DNA of 64,000 nt, taken from NCBI GenBank assembly GCA_963810095.1, contig CAWEMM010000001.1, forward strand, positions 1 through 64,000, written 5' to 3'. This DNA comes from an uncultured Chloroflexia bacterium (GTDB lineage Bacteria > Chloroflexota > Anaerolineae > CG2-30-64-16). The position numbers and the translations under genes were made by a program. Shown one piece after another: positions 9,359-18,756 of this stretch; position 1 is the first letter of the stretch, and each line of letters begins with the position of its first letter. Below the pieces are notes generated by a model that had not been told where the DNA came from, did no database searches, and saw nothing but the letters and a program-made list of their open reading frames with translations.

Positions 9359-10738
9359 TTAGCTGTCCTGATTCTCGCCCCGGCTCCGGAAGAACAGCCG
9401 GATCGGCGTGCCCTCAAAAGGATACACCTCCCGGATGCGATTTTCCAGGAAGCGCTCATACGAGAAATGCACAAGTCCCTTGTCGTTGACGAATATGACG
9501 AACGTGGGCGGCTGCGTCTCGGGCTGCGTTGCATACAGGAATTTCAGCGGCTTGCCCTTCCGGCTCGGCGCAGGATGCGATACCATCGCATCGCGCAGGA
9601 TGCGGTTGAGCTCGGATGTGGAGATGCGCACGCTTCGCTGCTGCGCGATGCCCATGGCCAGCGGCAACACCTTGCTCACCCGCTGCCGCGTCTTGGCCGA
9701 GATGAAGAGCACGGGGACGTAGTCCAAAAACTTCATCCGGTGGCGGATGTCGGCCGTGTACTCGTTGATCGTGTTCGTGTCCTTTTCCTCGACCGCATCC
9801 CACTTGTTGACGATCACGGCAACGCTCTTGAACGCTTCGAGGATGAACTCGGCCACGTGGGCATCCTGGGCAGTGATCCCGTCGACAGCGTCGATCAGCA
9901 GCAGCGCGACGTCGCAGCGCTGGATGGCGTTTACGGCACGCAGGACGCTGTACTTTTCGACGCCGATCTCCACCTTGCCGCGCCGGCGAATCCCGGCCGT
10001 GTCGATGAGGACGATCTTCTGCCCTTCCCAGGTCAGCTCGGTGTCAATCGCATCGCGTGTGGTGCCCGCGATCGGGCTGACAATCGAACGCTCCTCCTGC
10101 AGCAAGGCGTTCAGCAGCGACGACTTCCCCACGTTGGGCCGCCCCACGATGGCAATGCGCACGGCATCGGACTCGGGCTCCTCTGGCACGAGCGGGATCT
10201 TGGCCACAATCTCGTCGAGGAGGTCGCCGGTGCCCGTGCCGTGGAGCGCGGAGATCGGGTACGGCTCGCCCAGGGCCAGCTCATAGAACTCGAGCGCGGC
10301 CTGCCGCCGGCTGTCGTTGTCTGCCTTGTTGACGGCCAGGAGCACGGGCCGGGAAGAGCGGCGGAGGATCTCGGCCACGTCGCGGTCGGCCTCGGTCAGC
10401 CCGTCCTTTGCGTCGGTCAGAAAGACGACGACGTCCGCCTCCTCGATCGCGAGTTCGGCCTGCTGTCGAATCTCCCGCACGAAGTCACGCGACGCCCGGC
10501 TGAGTGTCTCGGGCTGGTCGCCCTTGAGCGGCGCCTTATCGGTGGAGCCAATGTCGATGCCTCCGGTGTCGACCAGCAGAAACGGCCGGTTCGTCCACTC
10601 GGCCGGCGCGTAGACGCGGTCGCGCGTCGTTCCGGGCTCATCCTCCACGATCGACTTGCGCTCGCCCACCAGCCGGTTGAACAGCGTCGACTTCCCCACG
10701 TTTGGCCGGCCCACCAGGGCGACGATTGGCATCCTCAT
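9359..10738 (-). CDS. der: Ribosome biogenesis GTPase Der (EngA)
   Basis: Two tandem G domains (GRPNVGKS twice; DTGG/DTAG; NKAD/NKWD) and a KH-like C-terminus. Confidence 0.97.
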   Translation of the reverse strand: MRMPIVALVGRPNVGKSTLFNRLVGERKSIVEDEPGTTRDRVYAPAEWTNRPFLLVDTGGIDIGSTDKAPLKGDQPETLSRASRDFVREIRQQAELAIEEADVVVFLTDAKDGLTEADRDVAEILRRSSRPVLLAVNKADNDSRRQAALEFYELALGEPYPISALHGTGTGDLLDEIVAKIPLVPEEPESDAVRIAIVGRPNVGKSSLLNALLQEERSIVSPIAGTTRDAIDTELTWEGQKIVLIDTAGIRRRGKVEIGVEKYSVLRAVNAIQRCDVALLLIDAVDGITAQDAHVAEFILEAFKSVAVIVNKWDAVEEKDTNTINEYTADIRHRMKFLDYVPVLFISAKTRQRVSKVLPLAMGIAQQRSVRISTSELNRILRDAMVSHPAPSRKGKPLKFLYATQPETQPPTFVIFVNDKGLVHFSYERFLENRIREVYPFEGTPIRLFFRSRGENQDS

Positions 10739-10807
10739 CTCAACTACTCTTTTCTTCGCTCTGAATGAGCGCCGTTTGCGCCGGAATGGGCGCCCGGGTC
10801 GCTCGGA

Positions 10808-12064
10808 TTATCGCTTTCGTGTCGGTGTCGGCGTCACGGTCGGTTCGGGGGTTGGCGTGGGCGTCGGGGTCGGAATGGCCGTAATGGTCACTTCGATCGT
10901 CGCGGGCGACACCCCCTCGATCGTGATGTCGCTCGGCGGCACCACTTGCGGCTCGACCGCGTGCACCCCCGGCCCTAGTCCTGTCAGATCAAGAATCACG
11001 GGCGCCTGGTCGTCGCCCAGCGCCGTCAACTTCGGGACGGGTCCCGACAGGAAGACGCTGACGACGTCGAGCGTCAGCGTATACGAGAGACCCGCGCCCA
11101 GCCCCTGGATTTGCGGCTTGCGCCGCACGGTTTGAACGCCCGTTACGGGCACGATGCCCACGTCGACGGTCACCGACTGGTTGCCCAGCGCAGACACGCG
11201 CTCGGGCAGCTTCAGAGGCACGCGCTCCGATACGTCCGTGTTCGCGCCCGCGATGTCGACTGTGACGGTGATATACCCGCTTAGTTCCGAGATTACCTCG
11301 GGGTCGCCCTGTACGGTGATCAATTTGGGCTCGGCAGAGACCGTGCTCACCGTGTATCCCTTGGCGGGCCGGCCCTTGGGCTCCACCAGCACCGACAACT
11401 CCCGGTAGTTGGGCAACTGCACTACGGGCACCGTGACATTGACGTCGCGCGGGCTGATCGTGACGAAGCCGACGCTGTCGCCCGAGGCATTACGAGCCGT
11501 CGCGCGCATCGTGCGCTCGACCACGCCCTTTGCTCCCCGCAGGTACATGTCGACAGCGACCGAAGCCACCTGGTCGACCAGCGGCTGCGAGCCGGAGACG
11601 AGCACTTGGGTGGGCGTCACCACCGCCGTCTGCCAGTTGTACCCAAAAGCCGGCGCGTCCAGGATATTCACCTGTACGGGTACGCGCTTCTCCTTGCGCT
11701 CCTCCAGCCGGACGCGGATCTGGGGCGGATCCACCGCCGTCACCTGCACCTGCGGATCGGGCGACAGCACCTGGACGGGGACGTCGTACTCTCCGGGACC
11801 CAGGTTCGACAGGTCAACCCACGCGTTGAAGTCGCGCGCCTGCAGATTACTCCAGCGCGCCTTGGGTGCGCGTATCTCAATCCGTACTTCATTCAGGATG
11901 TCGCCGAACACGATCAGTTTCTCCGAGAGTCCGGAGCGGCTGATCGGAATTGGCTGGGTGAAAGGCGCCCGCGGGTAGTCCTCACGCACGGCGATCACCC
12001 ACACGAGCGCCGCCAACGCCAGGGCCAACAAGGCCGATCCCAACCGAGAGAGCCAGTTTTGCAT
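10808..12064 (-). CDS. cdaR: CdaR/YbbR-like regulator of diadenylate cyclase
   Basis: N-terminal TM, repeated YbbR-like beta-rich units (VDLSNLGPGEYDVPVQV), PT-rich tail; directly downstream of cdaA. Confidence 0.85.
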   Translation of the reverse strand: MQNWLSRLGSALLALALAALVWVIAVREDYPRAPFTQPIPISRSGLSEKLIVFGDILNEVRIEIRAPKARWSNLQARDFNAWVDLSNLGPGEYDVPVQVLSPDPQVQVTAVDPPQIRVRLEERKEKRVPVQVNILDAPAFGYNWQTAVVTPTQVLVSGSQPLVDQVASVAVDMYLRGAKGVVERTMRATARNASGDSVGFVTISPRDVNVTVPVVQLPNYRELSVLVEPKGRPAKGYTVSTVSAEPKLITVQGDPEVISELSGYITVTVDIAGANTDVSERVPLKLPERVSALGNQSVTVDVGIVPVTGVQTVRRKPQIQGLGAGLSYTLTLDVVSVFLSGPVPKLTALGDDQAPVILDLTGLGPGVHAVEPQVVPPSDITIEGVSPATIEVTITAIPTPTPTPTPEPTVTPTPTRKR

Positions 12065-12078
12065 TGGGCCAAGCCCCA

Positions 12079-12909
12079 CTATGACGATCCGCCATTGAAC
12101 AGGCGTCGCGGCTTGTAAAACGCCTGCAAAATGGTGCGCAGCCGCTGGCCGTCCAGCCGCCGGGCGATGCGGCCCGCGCGTGCCAGCGACACGATGCCGG
12201 TTTCCTCCGAGACGACGATCGCGACCGCGTCGTTCTGCTCTGTGATGCCTACTGCCGCCCGGTGCCGGGTGCCCAGTGAGCTGTCGGCCAGGTCGCGCTG
12301 GGTCAGCGGCAAGACGCATGCGGCGGCCACGATCCGGTCGCCGCGAATGATCACTGCGCCGTCATGCAGCGGCGTGCCGGGGAAGAAGACCGTCGTCAGC
12401 AAGCGAGCCGAGATGCCCGCATCAATCCGCTCACCCGACTCGATGTACTCCTCCAGCCCGGTCTCCCCTTCCAGCACGATCAAGGCGCCTGTGCGCTCGC
12501 GCGCCAGCAGTTCGACCGCCTGTGCGATCTCGTGGATCACCTGCTGGGCCTGTGCCTCCCGGGCGCCGCGGCCCATCATCAGCGGCGCCGACCGGCCGAG
12601 GCGCTCGAGCGCCCGGCGCAGCTCGGGTTGAAAGATCACGGGGATTGCGACGAGGATGATCGGCAGCGAGTTGCGCAGCAGCCAGCCAAAGGCGGTGAAC
12701 CGGCTCGCGGCAAGTACGAAGATCAGGGCAATAACGAGGATCCCGCGCAGGAGGGCAACAGCCTGGGTGCCCTGGAAGAGGCGGAACAACCCGTAGAAGA
12801 CCAGCGCCACCAGCAAGATGTCGAGAACGCTCGACCATGTAAACTGGGGGGCCAGACCTCCGACCTCAACCACGACGCGCTCGATGAACGCCCTAACCTG
12901 ATCCAGCAC
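12079..12909 (-). CDS. cdaA: Diadenylate cyclase CdaA
   Basis: Three TMs, FQPELRRALE, catalytic HDGA and GTRHRAA motifs, VSEETG. Confidence 0.95.
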   Translation of the reverse strand: MLDQVRAFIERVVVEVGGLAPQFTWSSVLDILLVALVFYGLFRLFQGTQAVALLRGILVIALIFVLAASRFTAFGWLLRNSLPIILVAIPVIFQPELRRALERLGRSAPLMMGRGAREAQAQQVIHEIAQAVELLARERTGALIVLEGETGLEEYIESGERIDAGISARLLTTVFFPGTPLHDGAVIIRGDRIVAAACVLPLTQRDLADSSLGTRHRAAVGITEQNDAVAIVVSEETGIVSLARAGRIARRLDGQRLRTILQAFYKPRRLFNGGSS

Positions 12910-13073
12910 GGCTTTTCCCTGAAAGACTATCTGAGAAGCTTCACTCGGGCCCGCAATCGCTGCACAACCACGCCACCGAGGGTCAACCTGTCTCAGGCCC
13001 TTGCCAACGGTTACCAAAAGTCTCGCGGTCGAGTGGCGTCAGCACGGTAGCGCCCGGCGCCCCGACCGATCCA

Positions 13074-13958
13074 CTAGCGCAATGCCAGGGCCGCGACAAA
13101 CAACGCCAGCATCAGCCACGGCGCAGCCAACGCTGAAGACGCCACGGCAGGCGCCCACGTTCCCCGGCTCGGGTCCGGCTGCCCGGCCTGCGCCCCGGCG
13201 CCGCGGGTCAGCCACCACAGTGGCGGCGCCAGCAGCACGGCCGTCGCCGAGACGGCCCAGGGCATGCCCAGGCCGATCAGGGCCGCTAGCACCGCCAGCA
13301 CCCCCACCGCCAACCCGACCGGAGAACCGCGGCGGCCTGCAACCGGGAGCGCTCGCAGTGCGCCCCACTGCAGGATCGTGAATGCGACCGCGACGAGCAG
13401 CGGCTGCCAGGCGGGTGGAAACGACACGAGGCCGCTCGACATCCAGCCGGCAGCAACCAGCCCTAGCGCAAACGGAAGCAGGACGTCGAGCAGCGCAAAA
13501 CATGCGGCCGGCACATCACCCCTGTGCGCCAACGCCCAGGCGACGACCGTGACGACGACCGCAAGCAACGAGAGCACCAGGGCGGGCAGGCCCAGCAGCA
13601 GCGAGCCGCCGAGGGCCAGGATCACGCCGGCCAGCGCACCGTGCCAGTTCGCGGCGCCGGCCGACAGCTCGCGCACCAGGATGCTGAGCGGCGAATCGGG
13701 CTGGGCGTAGGGCAAAACCGCGTTGAGCCCCGTGACTGAACCCGAGCTGGCTGGCGCCGCCCTCACATAACTGCGGAGGATGCCCCAAGCCAGGTCGCCG
13801 AGGACGACCGCAGCCACCACCCGCAGCCACACGTCGGGCTCGCCCAAGGGGCTGCCTGCCGCGACTGCGCCGGCAAGCACGGACCAGGCCGGCGCGAGGC
13901 GCCAGGGCACGCGACTCAGCGAAATCTGCAGTTGAACGAGCGGCCCGGCTTCGGTCAA
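13074..13958 (-). CDS. Polytopic membrane protein of unknown function
   Basis: Long hydrophobic ORF with GGAGG RBS before a TTG start; co-oriented with neighbours. Confidence 0.65.
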   Translation of the reverse strand: MTEAGPLVQLQISLSRVPWRLAPAWSVLAGAVAAGSPLGEPDVWLRVVAAVVLGDLAWGILRSYVRAAPASSGSVTGLNAVLPYAQPDSPLSILVRELSAGAANWHGALAGVILALGGSLLLGLPALVLSLLAVVVTVVAWALAHRGDVPAACFALLDVLLPFALGLVAAGWMSSGLVSFPPAWQPLLVAVAFTILQWGALRALPVAGRRGSPVGLAVGVLAVLAALIGLGMPWAVSATAVLLAPPLWWLTRGAGAQAGQPDPSRGTWAPAVASSALAAPWLMLALFVAALALR

Positions 13959-14050
13959 GGCTTGCCTCCAAACTTAAGTATTGTACCCGCCGCAGGCGAG
14001 AGGGTCAAATGAAAACGCGGGAGCGGCAGTTTGTGAGGCGACGAACAAAA

Positions 14051-14111
14051 GACCTCCGAGGTTCTTACCACGTCGTGATGGCGTCACGGCGCTAAGGGAA
14101 CCCCGGAGGTC
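14051..14111. repeat. REP-like inverted doublet, family C copy 1; may also terminate the minus-strand gene upstream
   Basis: GACCTCCGAGGTT ... AACCCCGGAGGTC with an internal hairpin; TTTTGTT follows on the minus strand. Confidence 0.7.
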
Positions 14112-14132
14112 CGGGTATGAGCCTTCAGGCGA

Positions 14133-15476
14133 TTACGCCAGGCGTTGGGCCTGGCCGATCCAGTCCTCGGTCATGATCTGGCCGACGGTGACCCCCGTCG
14201 CGGCCGACAGCTCGACCGGGTGAGACGCCGCGAGCTCGCTCACGGTGCGAATCCCGGCCATCTCCAGCCGGGCGGCGATCTCCGCATCGATGCCCGCGAT
14301 ATCGGTGAGCACCGGCGCCAGGGACGCATCGACTGGGGCGACGCCGGGCTCGTCCGCCGCGAGGGCACCGGCGGCAATAGCGGCCGGGACGACGGGCGCC
14401 ACCGGCTCGGCGGGCGGCGCGACCGGCGCAGCCGCCAGGTCGAACTCGGAGGTTTCGGGCAGCGGCGCAAAGCCGCCGCCGCTACCGCCCGTTCCACCCG
14501 TCGGGGAAGAAGGCGCCAAGGCCGGCCGGGCAGACGGAGCGTCCGCGTCGCGGGTGCCGAAACGGGTCAGTACCACTGCGCCCAGGCCCCAGGAGGCAAA
14601 CACCAGCCAGAACAGCCACCCGATGCACGGGAGGCGGCTCAGGAACGTGATGATCACGACGCCGACCAACACCTCGGCGATGGCGCTCGCGCTGCGCATG
14701 TTGAGCGCCCGCAGCAGGCGCTGGCCCAGCCAGAGTGCCACGCCGATCCAGCCCAAGACGCTGGCGGCCGCGAGGGCCAGCCAGACGAGCAGGCCGAGAC
14801 CGCATGCGATCAACAGGATCGCACCGGCCAATGCGCCGACCAGCAGTGTGAGCAGGCCGAAGACGAAGCTTAGTGCCGGCTGAACGGCCACGGCCGAAGA
14901 CACGCGGCCGACCGCACGGGGCGCGACGAGAACCAGCACCAGCCCAAGCAGGCCCATCAGCAAGATCGAGCCCAGCGTGCCGAACTGCCACCCCACAAAG
15001 CGGCCGAACCACGAGCGCGGGGTCTCAGCCTGCGGCGGGAACTGGGGCAGGACGGGCGCAGGAACGATGCGCTGCGGCATGGTCAGGGCGCTGCCGCTGT
15101 CGCCCTGCACGACGGCGCCGGGGGCCTGGCTCACCGAGCCGCCGACGGTCGACAGGTTCCCCTCGACCACGGCCGTGCTGCCGAGCCGGGCGGTGCCGCC
15201 GAGCGTGGTTACATTCCCCGTCACCGTGCCGTCAAGAGTGAACGTGCCGCCCATGACGAGCACGTCGCCGCTGACCAGCGCGTCGGCCTCGATCGTGGCG
15301 TTTCCGCCCATGACCGTGAGATTGCCCTCCAGGGTCTGCCCTGCCTGCAGCGTGTAGTTGTCGCCCCAAACGACCTTGTCGCCCGTGACGGTCTGGGCGA
15401 AGGCGGCGGGCGCCAGGCTTGCCAGAAGCAGCATCAGGATAAGCACGACACCAGACAGAAGCGCTGCTTTTCTCAT
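14133..15476 (-). CDS. Exported/membrane protein: bactofilin-like beta-helix, TM bundle and C-terminal HhH (DUF4332-like) domain
   Basis: Signal peptide; GNLTVMGG/GDVLVMGG/GNVTTLGG repeats; TMs; LTDIAGIDAEIAARLEMAGIRTVSELA. Confidence 0.75.
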   Translation of the reverse strand: MRKAALLSGVVLILMLLLASLAPAAFAQTVTGDKVVWGDNYTLQAGQTLEGNLTVMGGNATIEADALVSGDVLVMGGTFTLDGTVTGNVTTLGGTARLGSTAVVEGNLSTVGGSVSQAPGAVVQGDSGSALTMPQRIVPAPVLPQFPPQAETPRSWFGRFVGWQFGTLGSILLMGLLGLVLVLVAPRAVGRVSSAVAVQPALSFVFGLLTLLVGALAGAILLIACGLGLLVWLALAAASVLGWIGVALWLGQRLLRALNMRSASAIAEVLVGVVIITFLSRLPCIGWLFWLVFASWGLGAVVLTRFGTRDADAPSARPALAPSSPTGGTGGSGGGFAPLPETSEFDLAAAPVAPPAEPVAPVVPAAIAAGALAADEPGVAPVDASLAPVLTDIAGIDAEIAARLEMAGIRTVSELAASHPVELSAATGVTVGQIMTEDWIGQAQRLA

Positions 15477-15491
15477 TGCGTAGATCCTCCC

Positions 15492-15561
15492 GTGATTGCG
15501 AAGAAACAAGATACCTCAGGAGCAGGATTGCTCAGACACGTGATTGCTCAGAAACGTGATT
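15492..15561. repeat. Tandem 16-bp repeat, four copies plus a partial
   Basis: GTGATTGCGAAGAAAC / AAGATACCTCAGGAGC / AGGATTGCTCAGACAC / GTGATTGCTCAGAAAC / GTGATT. Confidence 0.7.
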
Positions 15562-15616
15562 ACGCTCGAATTCGGGCCGAAGCGAGACCTTAGGCACCAT
15601 CCCGGCGCCGGCCGCG

Positions 15617-16183
15617 CTACTCGGCCTGCACCATCTGCCGGTCGCTCCAGGGCGTTAGCCGGGCCACCATCCACAACCAGACCGTTGCCAGGCCACACGT
15701 CACGACCAGGAGTGCGCCGGCGCCGGCCGCGACAGTCGGCGTCCCTGCACGCTCCACCACGCCGGCCACGCCGCGAAATACCCACTCGCCAATACTCGTC
15801 ACGCCCGCCCAAAGCGCCGCGACGGACCCGCCGGCGGAGAGAAACTGAAGATGCCACCCGTTGGCGAGGCCGAACGCCAACCCCGAGGCAAGGACGGCCA
15901 CGAGCCAGGTCAGCGCGAGGCCAAACATGAACCACCGGCGGCGGCGAGTCTCCTCCAGGCGCCGATCCAGTTGGGCCGCGATTGCGATGGAGAAGTCGAC
16001 GGGCGCGGGCGCCATGGGCGCCACAGTAAAGCGGCGGTCGATCTCCTGCCAGCGCTGCCACGTGCGCGCACAGGTCGTGCAGCCGGCCACATGCTCGGCC
16101 AGCGTCTTCGCCTCGTCGTCAGTTGCCTCGTCGTCCAACACCAGCGACATCAACAGCGTATACTCGTCATGTTGCCCCATCAC
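15617..16183 (-). CDS. Zinc-binding (zf-HC2) anti-sigma factor, RsiW-like
   Basis: HVAGCTTC (HxxxCxxC) motif plus TM segments; directly follows an ECF sigma. Confidence 0.88.
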   Translation of the reverse strand: MMGQHDEYTLLMSLVLDDEATDDEAKTLAEHVAGCTTCARTWQRWQEIDRRFTVAPMAPAPVDFSIAIAAQLDRRLEETRRRRWFMFGLALTWLVAVLASGLAFGLANGWHLQFLSAGGSVAALWAGVTSIGEWVFRGVAGVVERAGTPTVAAGAGALLVVTCGLATVWLWMVARLTPWSDRQMVQAE

Positions 16184-16777
16184 TCACCTCACCTGAACCG
16201 GCGCAGCTAACCGAAAGGGAGTCCCAACCGCCGGCGCAGCCTCCTCTATCATCTGGAGCCGCGCCCGGTGCAACCGCGACTTGACGGCCTGCACCGTGAG
16301 CCCCATGACTTCAGCGATTTCGGTATAAGATAAATCATGCCAGTAGCGGAGGATGAGGGGCACCCGATATGCCGGATCCAGCCGGCTTACCGCGGCCTGC
16401 ACCTCGTCGCGCACCTCATTGCGCAACGCGCTCTCCTCGGGCCCGGTCTGCCTCGACGGGAGCACCGCCGCAACCGCTTCATCGTCGAGCGAAAGCGCGT
16501 CGCCGTGGCGGCGGCGCAGACGGTCGATGCAGTAGTGCGATGCGATGGACAGAATCCAGGAGGACAGCTTTTTGTCTGGCTGATACGTGTGGAGCTTGGC
16601 GTATACCCGCACGAAGGTTTCCTGGACCGCGTCCTCGGCCTCGGGTGCGCTGCCAAGCATGCGATAACACAGGTTGTAGACCGGCCCCTGGTAAGCCGCC
16701 ACGAGCCGGGCAAACGCGACCCGGTCGCCGGCTTGGGCTTGCTTGAGCCACTCCAATTCGCTTGCTGCGTTATTCAC
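16184..16777 (-). CDS. ECF RNA polymerase sigma factor (SigW-like)
   Basis: AEDAVQETF, WILSIASHYCIDRLRR and LSYTEIAEVMGLTVQAVKSRLHRAR motifs. Confidence 0.92.
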   Translation of the reverse strand: MNNAASELEWLKQAQAGDRVAFARLVAAYQGPVYNLCYRMLGSAPEAEDAVQETFVRVYAKLHTYQPDKKLSSWILSIASHYCIDRLRRRHGDALSLDDEAVAAVLPSRQTGPEESALRNEVRDEVQAAVSRLDPAYRVPLILRYWHDLSYTEIAEVMGLTVQAVKSRLHRARLQMIEEAAPAVGTPFRLAAPVQVR

Positions 16778-16874
16778 TCAGTCCGCCCCGTTCCACATTC
16801 GCCGGGAGGGTGTTTCCTACGACCGGACGTCGTGTTGACCAGAAACATCCCCGCTCCCCCCGGTTCACTCTCAT

Positions 16875-16900
16875 TACGCACCCTATGGGCAAAGGTTTCA
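16875..16900 (-). promoter_or_regulatory. SigW-type ECF promoter, probably autoregulatory
   Basis: Minus strand reads TGAAAC-N16-CGTA, matching the B. subtilis SigW consensus, about 100 nt upstream of the sigma gene. Confidence 0.8.
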
Positions 16901-16965
16901 CGCCATCTCGGGTCGTGCGTATAATAGCGCGCGTCGCTCCATCCACCAACCGTTGGAGGCAACGC

Positions 16966-17989
16966 GTGGCGTTTCATCCCTACATCGCCATCGAAGGCGC
17001 GATCGGTGTGGGCAAAACCACCCTGGCGCGCATCCTGGGCGAAGTCCTGCCGGCCGAAGTGCTGTTGGAAGTGTTTGAGGAAAACCCTTTCCTCAGCGAC
17101 TTTTACTCCGACCGCCAGCGCTATGCCTTTCAAACCCAGATCTTCTTCCTGCTCAGCCGCTACCGCCAGCAGCACAAGGTCATCGCCAACACGCTGCGGC
17201 ACAGCCCACTGATCAGCGACTACCTGTTTTCAAAGGACTGGCTCTTTGCCCACCTCAACCTTGCGGGCGACGAGCTGGCCATGTACGAGCGGGTGCACGC
17301 AATCCTCGGCGAGCAGATCCCGACGCCGGGGCTGGTCGTTTACCTCCGCGCCTCCACCGACGTGTTGATGGACCGCATCCGGTTCCGCGGTCGCTCGTAT
17401 GAACGACAGATGGAGCGGGAATACATCGCCGACCTCCAGGGCGCGTACGACCGTTTCTTCGCCGAGTACACCGAGGCGCCGGTGCTGAAGCTCGACACGG
17501 ATGGCGTGGATATCGTGAACGACCTGGACGCGCGCGCGGACGTGGTGAGCCGGGTGCGCTCTGCCGTGCAGGGCGACAACCTGCAGCTGCCCCTGCTCGA
17601 GCTGGAGACGTCGCCCGACGCCCAAGCGACCACGCTTAGCCGGCGCCGCCTGGCCGACTTCCAGCGCTTCCACCGGGTGCTCGACCGCGACAAGGGGTTC
17701 ATCGCGGATCTCTTCTTCAACTACATCTGCCTGACCGAGGAGATCGGCGAGATCGGCCGGCTCATCAAGCAGACCTGGCGCCGGCAGGACAGCCTCCTGC
17801 CCCAGACGGGCAACCGCCAGGAGGCCATGGACCGCGCCCTCGAGTCCGCTAAAGGGCGACTTGCAGGAAGAACTAGCCGACGCGCTCGCCTTCCTGCTGA
17901 AGATCGCCAACGACGCGGGGATCGACCTGGAAGCCGCCTACCTGAGCAAGATGGATCGCAACCTGTCCCGCTCCTGGCCCAACACCTGA
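16966..17989 (+). CDS. Deoxynucleoside kinase fused to a MazG-like NTP pyrophosphohydrolase domain (one extra base near 17853)
   Basis: IAIEGAIGVGKTT P-loop, ENPFL, then LTEEIGEI; +1 frame continues LQEELADALAFLLKIANDAGIDLEAAYLSKMDRN to TGA at 17989. Confidence 0.8.
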
Positions 17990-18000
17990 GGACCTACACA

Positions 18001-18654
18001 ATGGATCAGCCAGCCATTAATAAACGCTTCGTCGCCATCGCCGGGAACATTGGCGTCGGCAAATCGACCCTCACCCGGCTGCTCAGCGAGACGCTGGGCT
18101 GGGAGCCGTTCTACGAGGCCGTCTCGGACAACCCGTACCTGGCCGACTTTTACGAGGACATGACACGCTACGCGTTTCACTCGCAGATCTTCTTCCTGTC
18201 GCGGCGGCTCCGCCACCACCGCCGCCTGCTCGATTTCCCGAACTCTGTCGTGCAGGACCGCTCCGTCTACGAGGACGCGGAGATTTTCGCCCGCGCGCTG
18301 TGGGAACAGAAGCACATCACGAGGCGCGATTACCAGACCTACCGCGAGCTCTACGAGGTGCTGGTGCTCTTCCTGCCGCCGCCCGACCTGGTCGTCTATC
18401 TGCGCGCGTCCGTTCCCACCCTCCAGAACCGGATCGCCTTGCGCGGCCGCGAATTCGAGCGCAACATCTCCGCGGAGTACCTCGGCCAGTTGAACGAGCT
18501 GTACAACGAGTGGATGTGCCGCTTCAACCTGTGCCCGGTTCTGACGGTCCCCGCGGACGACCTCGATTATGTCCACAACCCCGCTCACCTCGATCTCATC
18601 GTGGACAAGATCGCAGAGAAGCTGAGCGGCAAAGAAGAAGTAGTATTTATTTGA
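18001..18654 (+). CDS. Deoxynucleoside kinase
   Basis: IAGNIGVGKST, NPYLADFY and QDRSVYEDAEIF motifs; GAGG RBS. Confidence 0.9.
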   Translation: MDQPAINKRFVAIAGNIGVGKSTLTRLLSETLGWEPFYEAVSDNPYLADFYEDMTRYAFHSQIFFLSRRLRHHRRLLDFPNSVVQDRSVYEDAEIFARALWEQKHITRRDYQTYRELYEVLVLFLPPPDLVVYLRASVPTLQNRIALRGREFERNISAEYLGQLNELYNEWMCRFNLCPVLTVPADDLDYVHNPAHLDLIVDKIAEKLSGKEEVVFI

Positions 18655-18657
18655 CGC

Positions 18658-18686
18658 TTGCATCTACAATAAATAAGTGCTACAAT
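18658..18686 (+). promoter_or_regulatory. Sigma70-type promoter
   Basis: TTGCAT-17-TACAAT with an extended -10 TG. Confidence 0.55.
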
Positions 18687-18756
18687 TGCGTCAGCTTGTC
18701 CAAGACCCGGCGTGCGCGAGCTGCGGCCGGGTCCGCCCGCTACCGAGGAGTGCACC

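Noticed and set aside
9125-10768. Long antisense ORFs opposite der, fusA, the amidohydrolase and others
   Set aside because: Typical shadow ORFs of high-GC coding DNA, with no recognisable motifs.
15492-15561. Possible CRISPR array
   Set aside because: The units are contiguous 16-mers with no spacers. No repeat-spacer array or cas gene was seen anywhere in the window.
16762-18654. 630-aa double-kinase ORF in the ORF track
   Set aside because: The +1 frame completes a MazG domain with its own stop, and dNK2 has its own RBS, so the fusion is probably an indel artefact.
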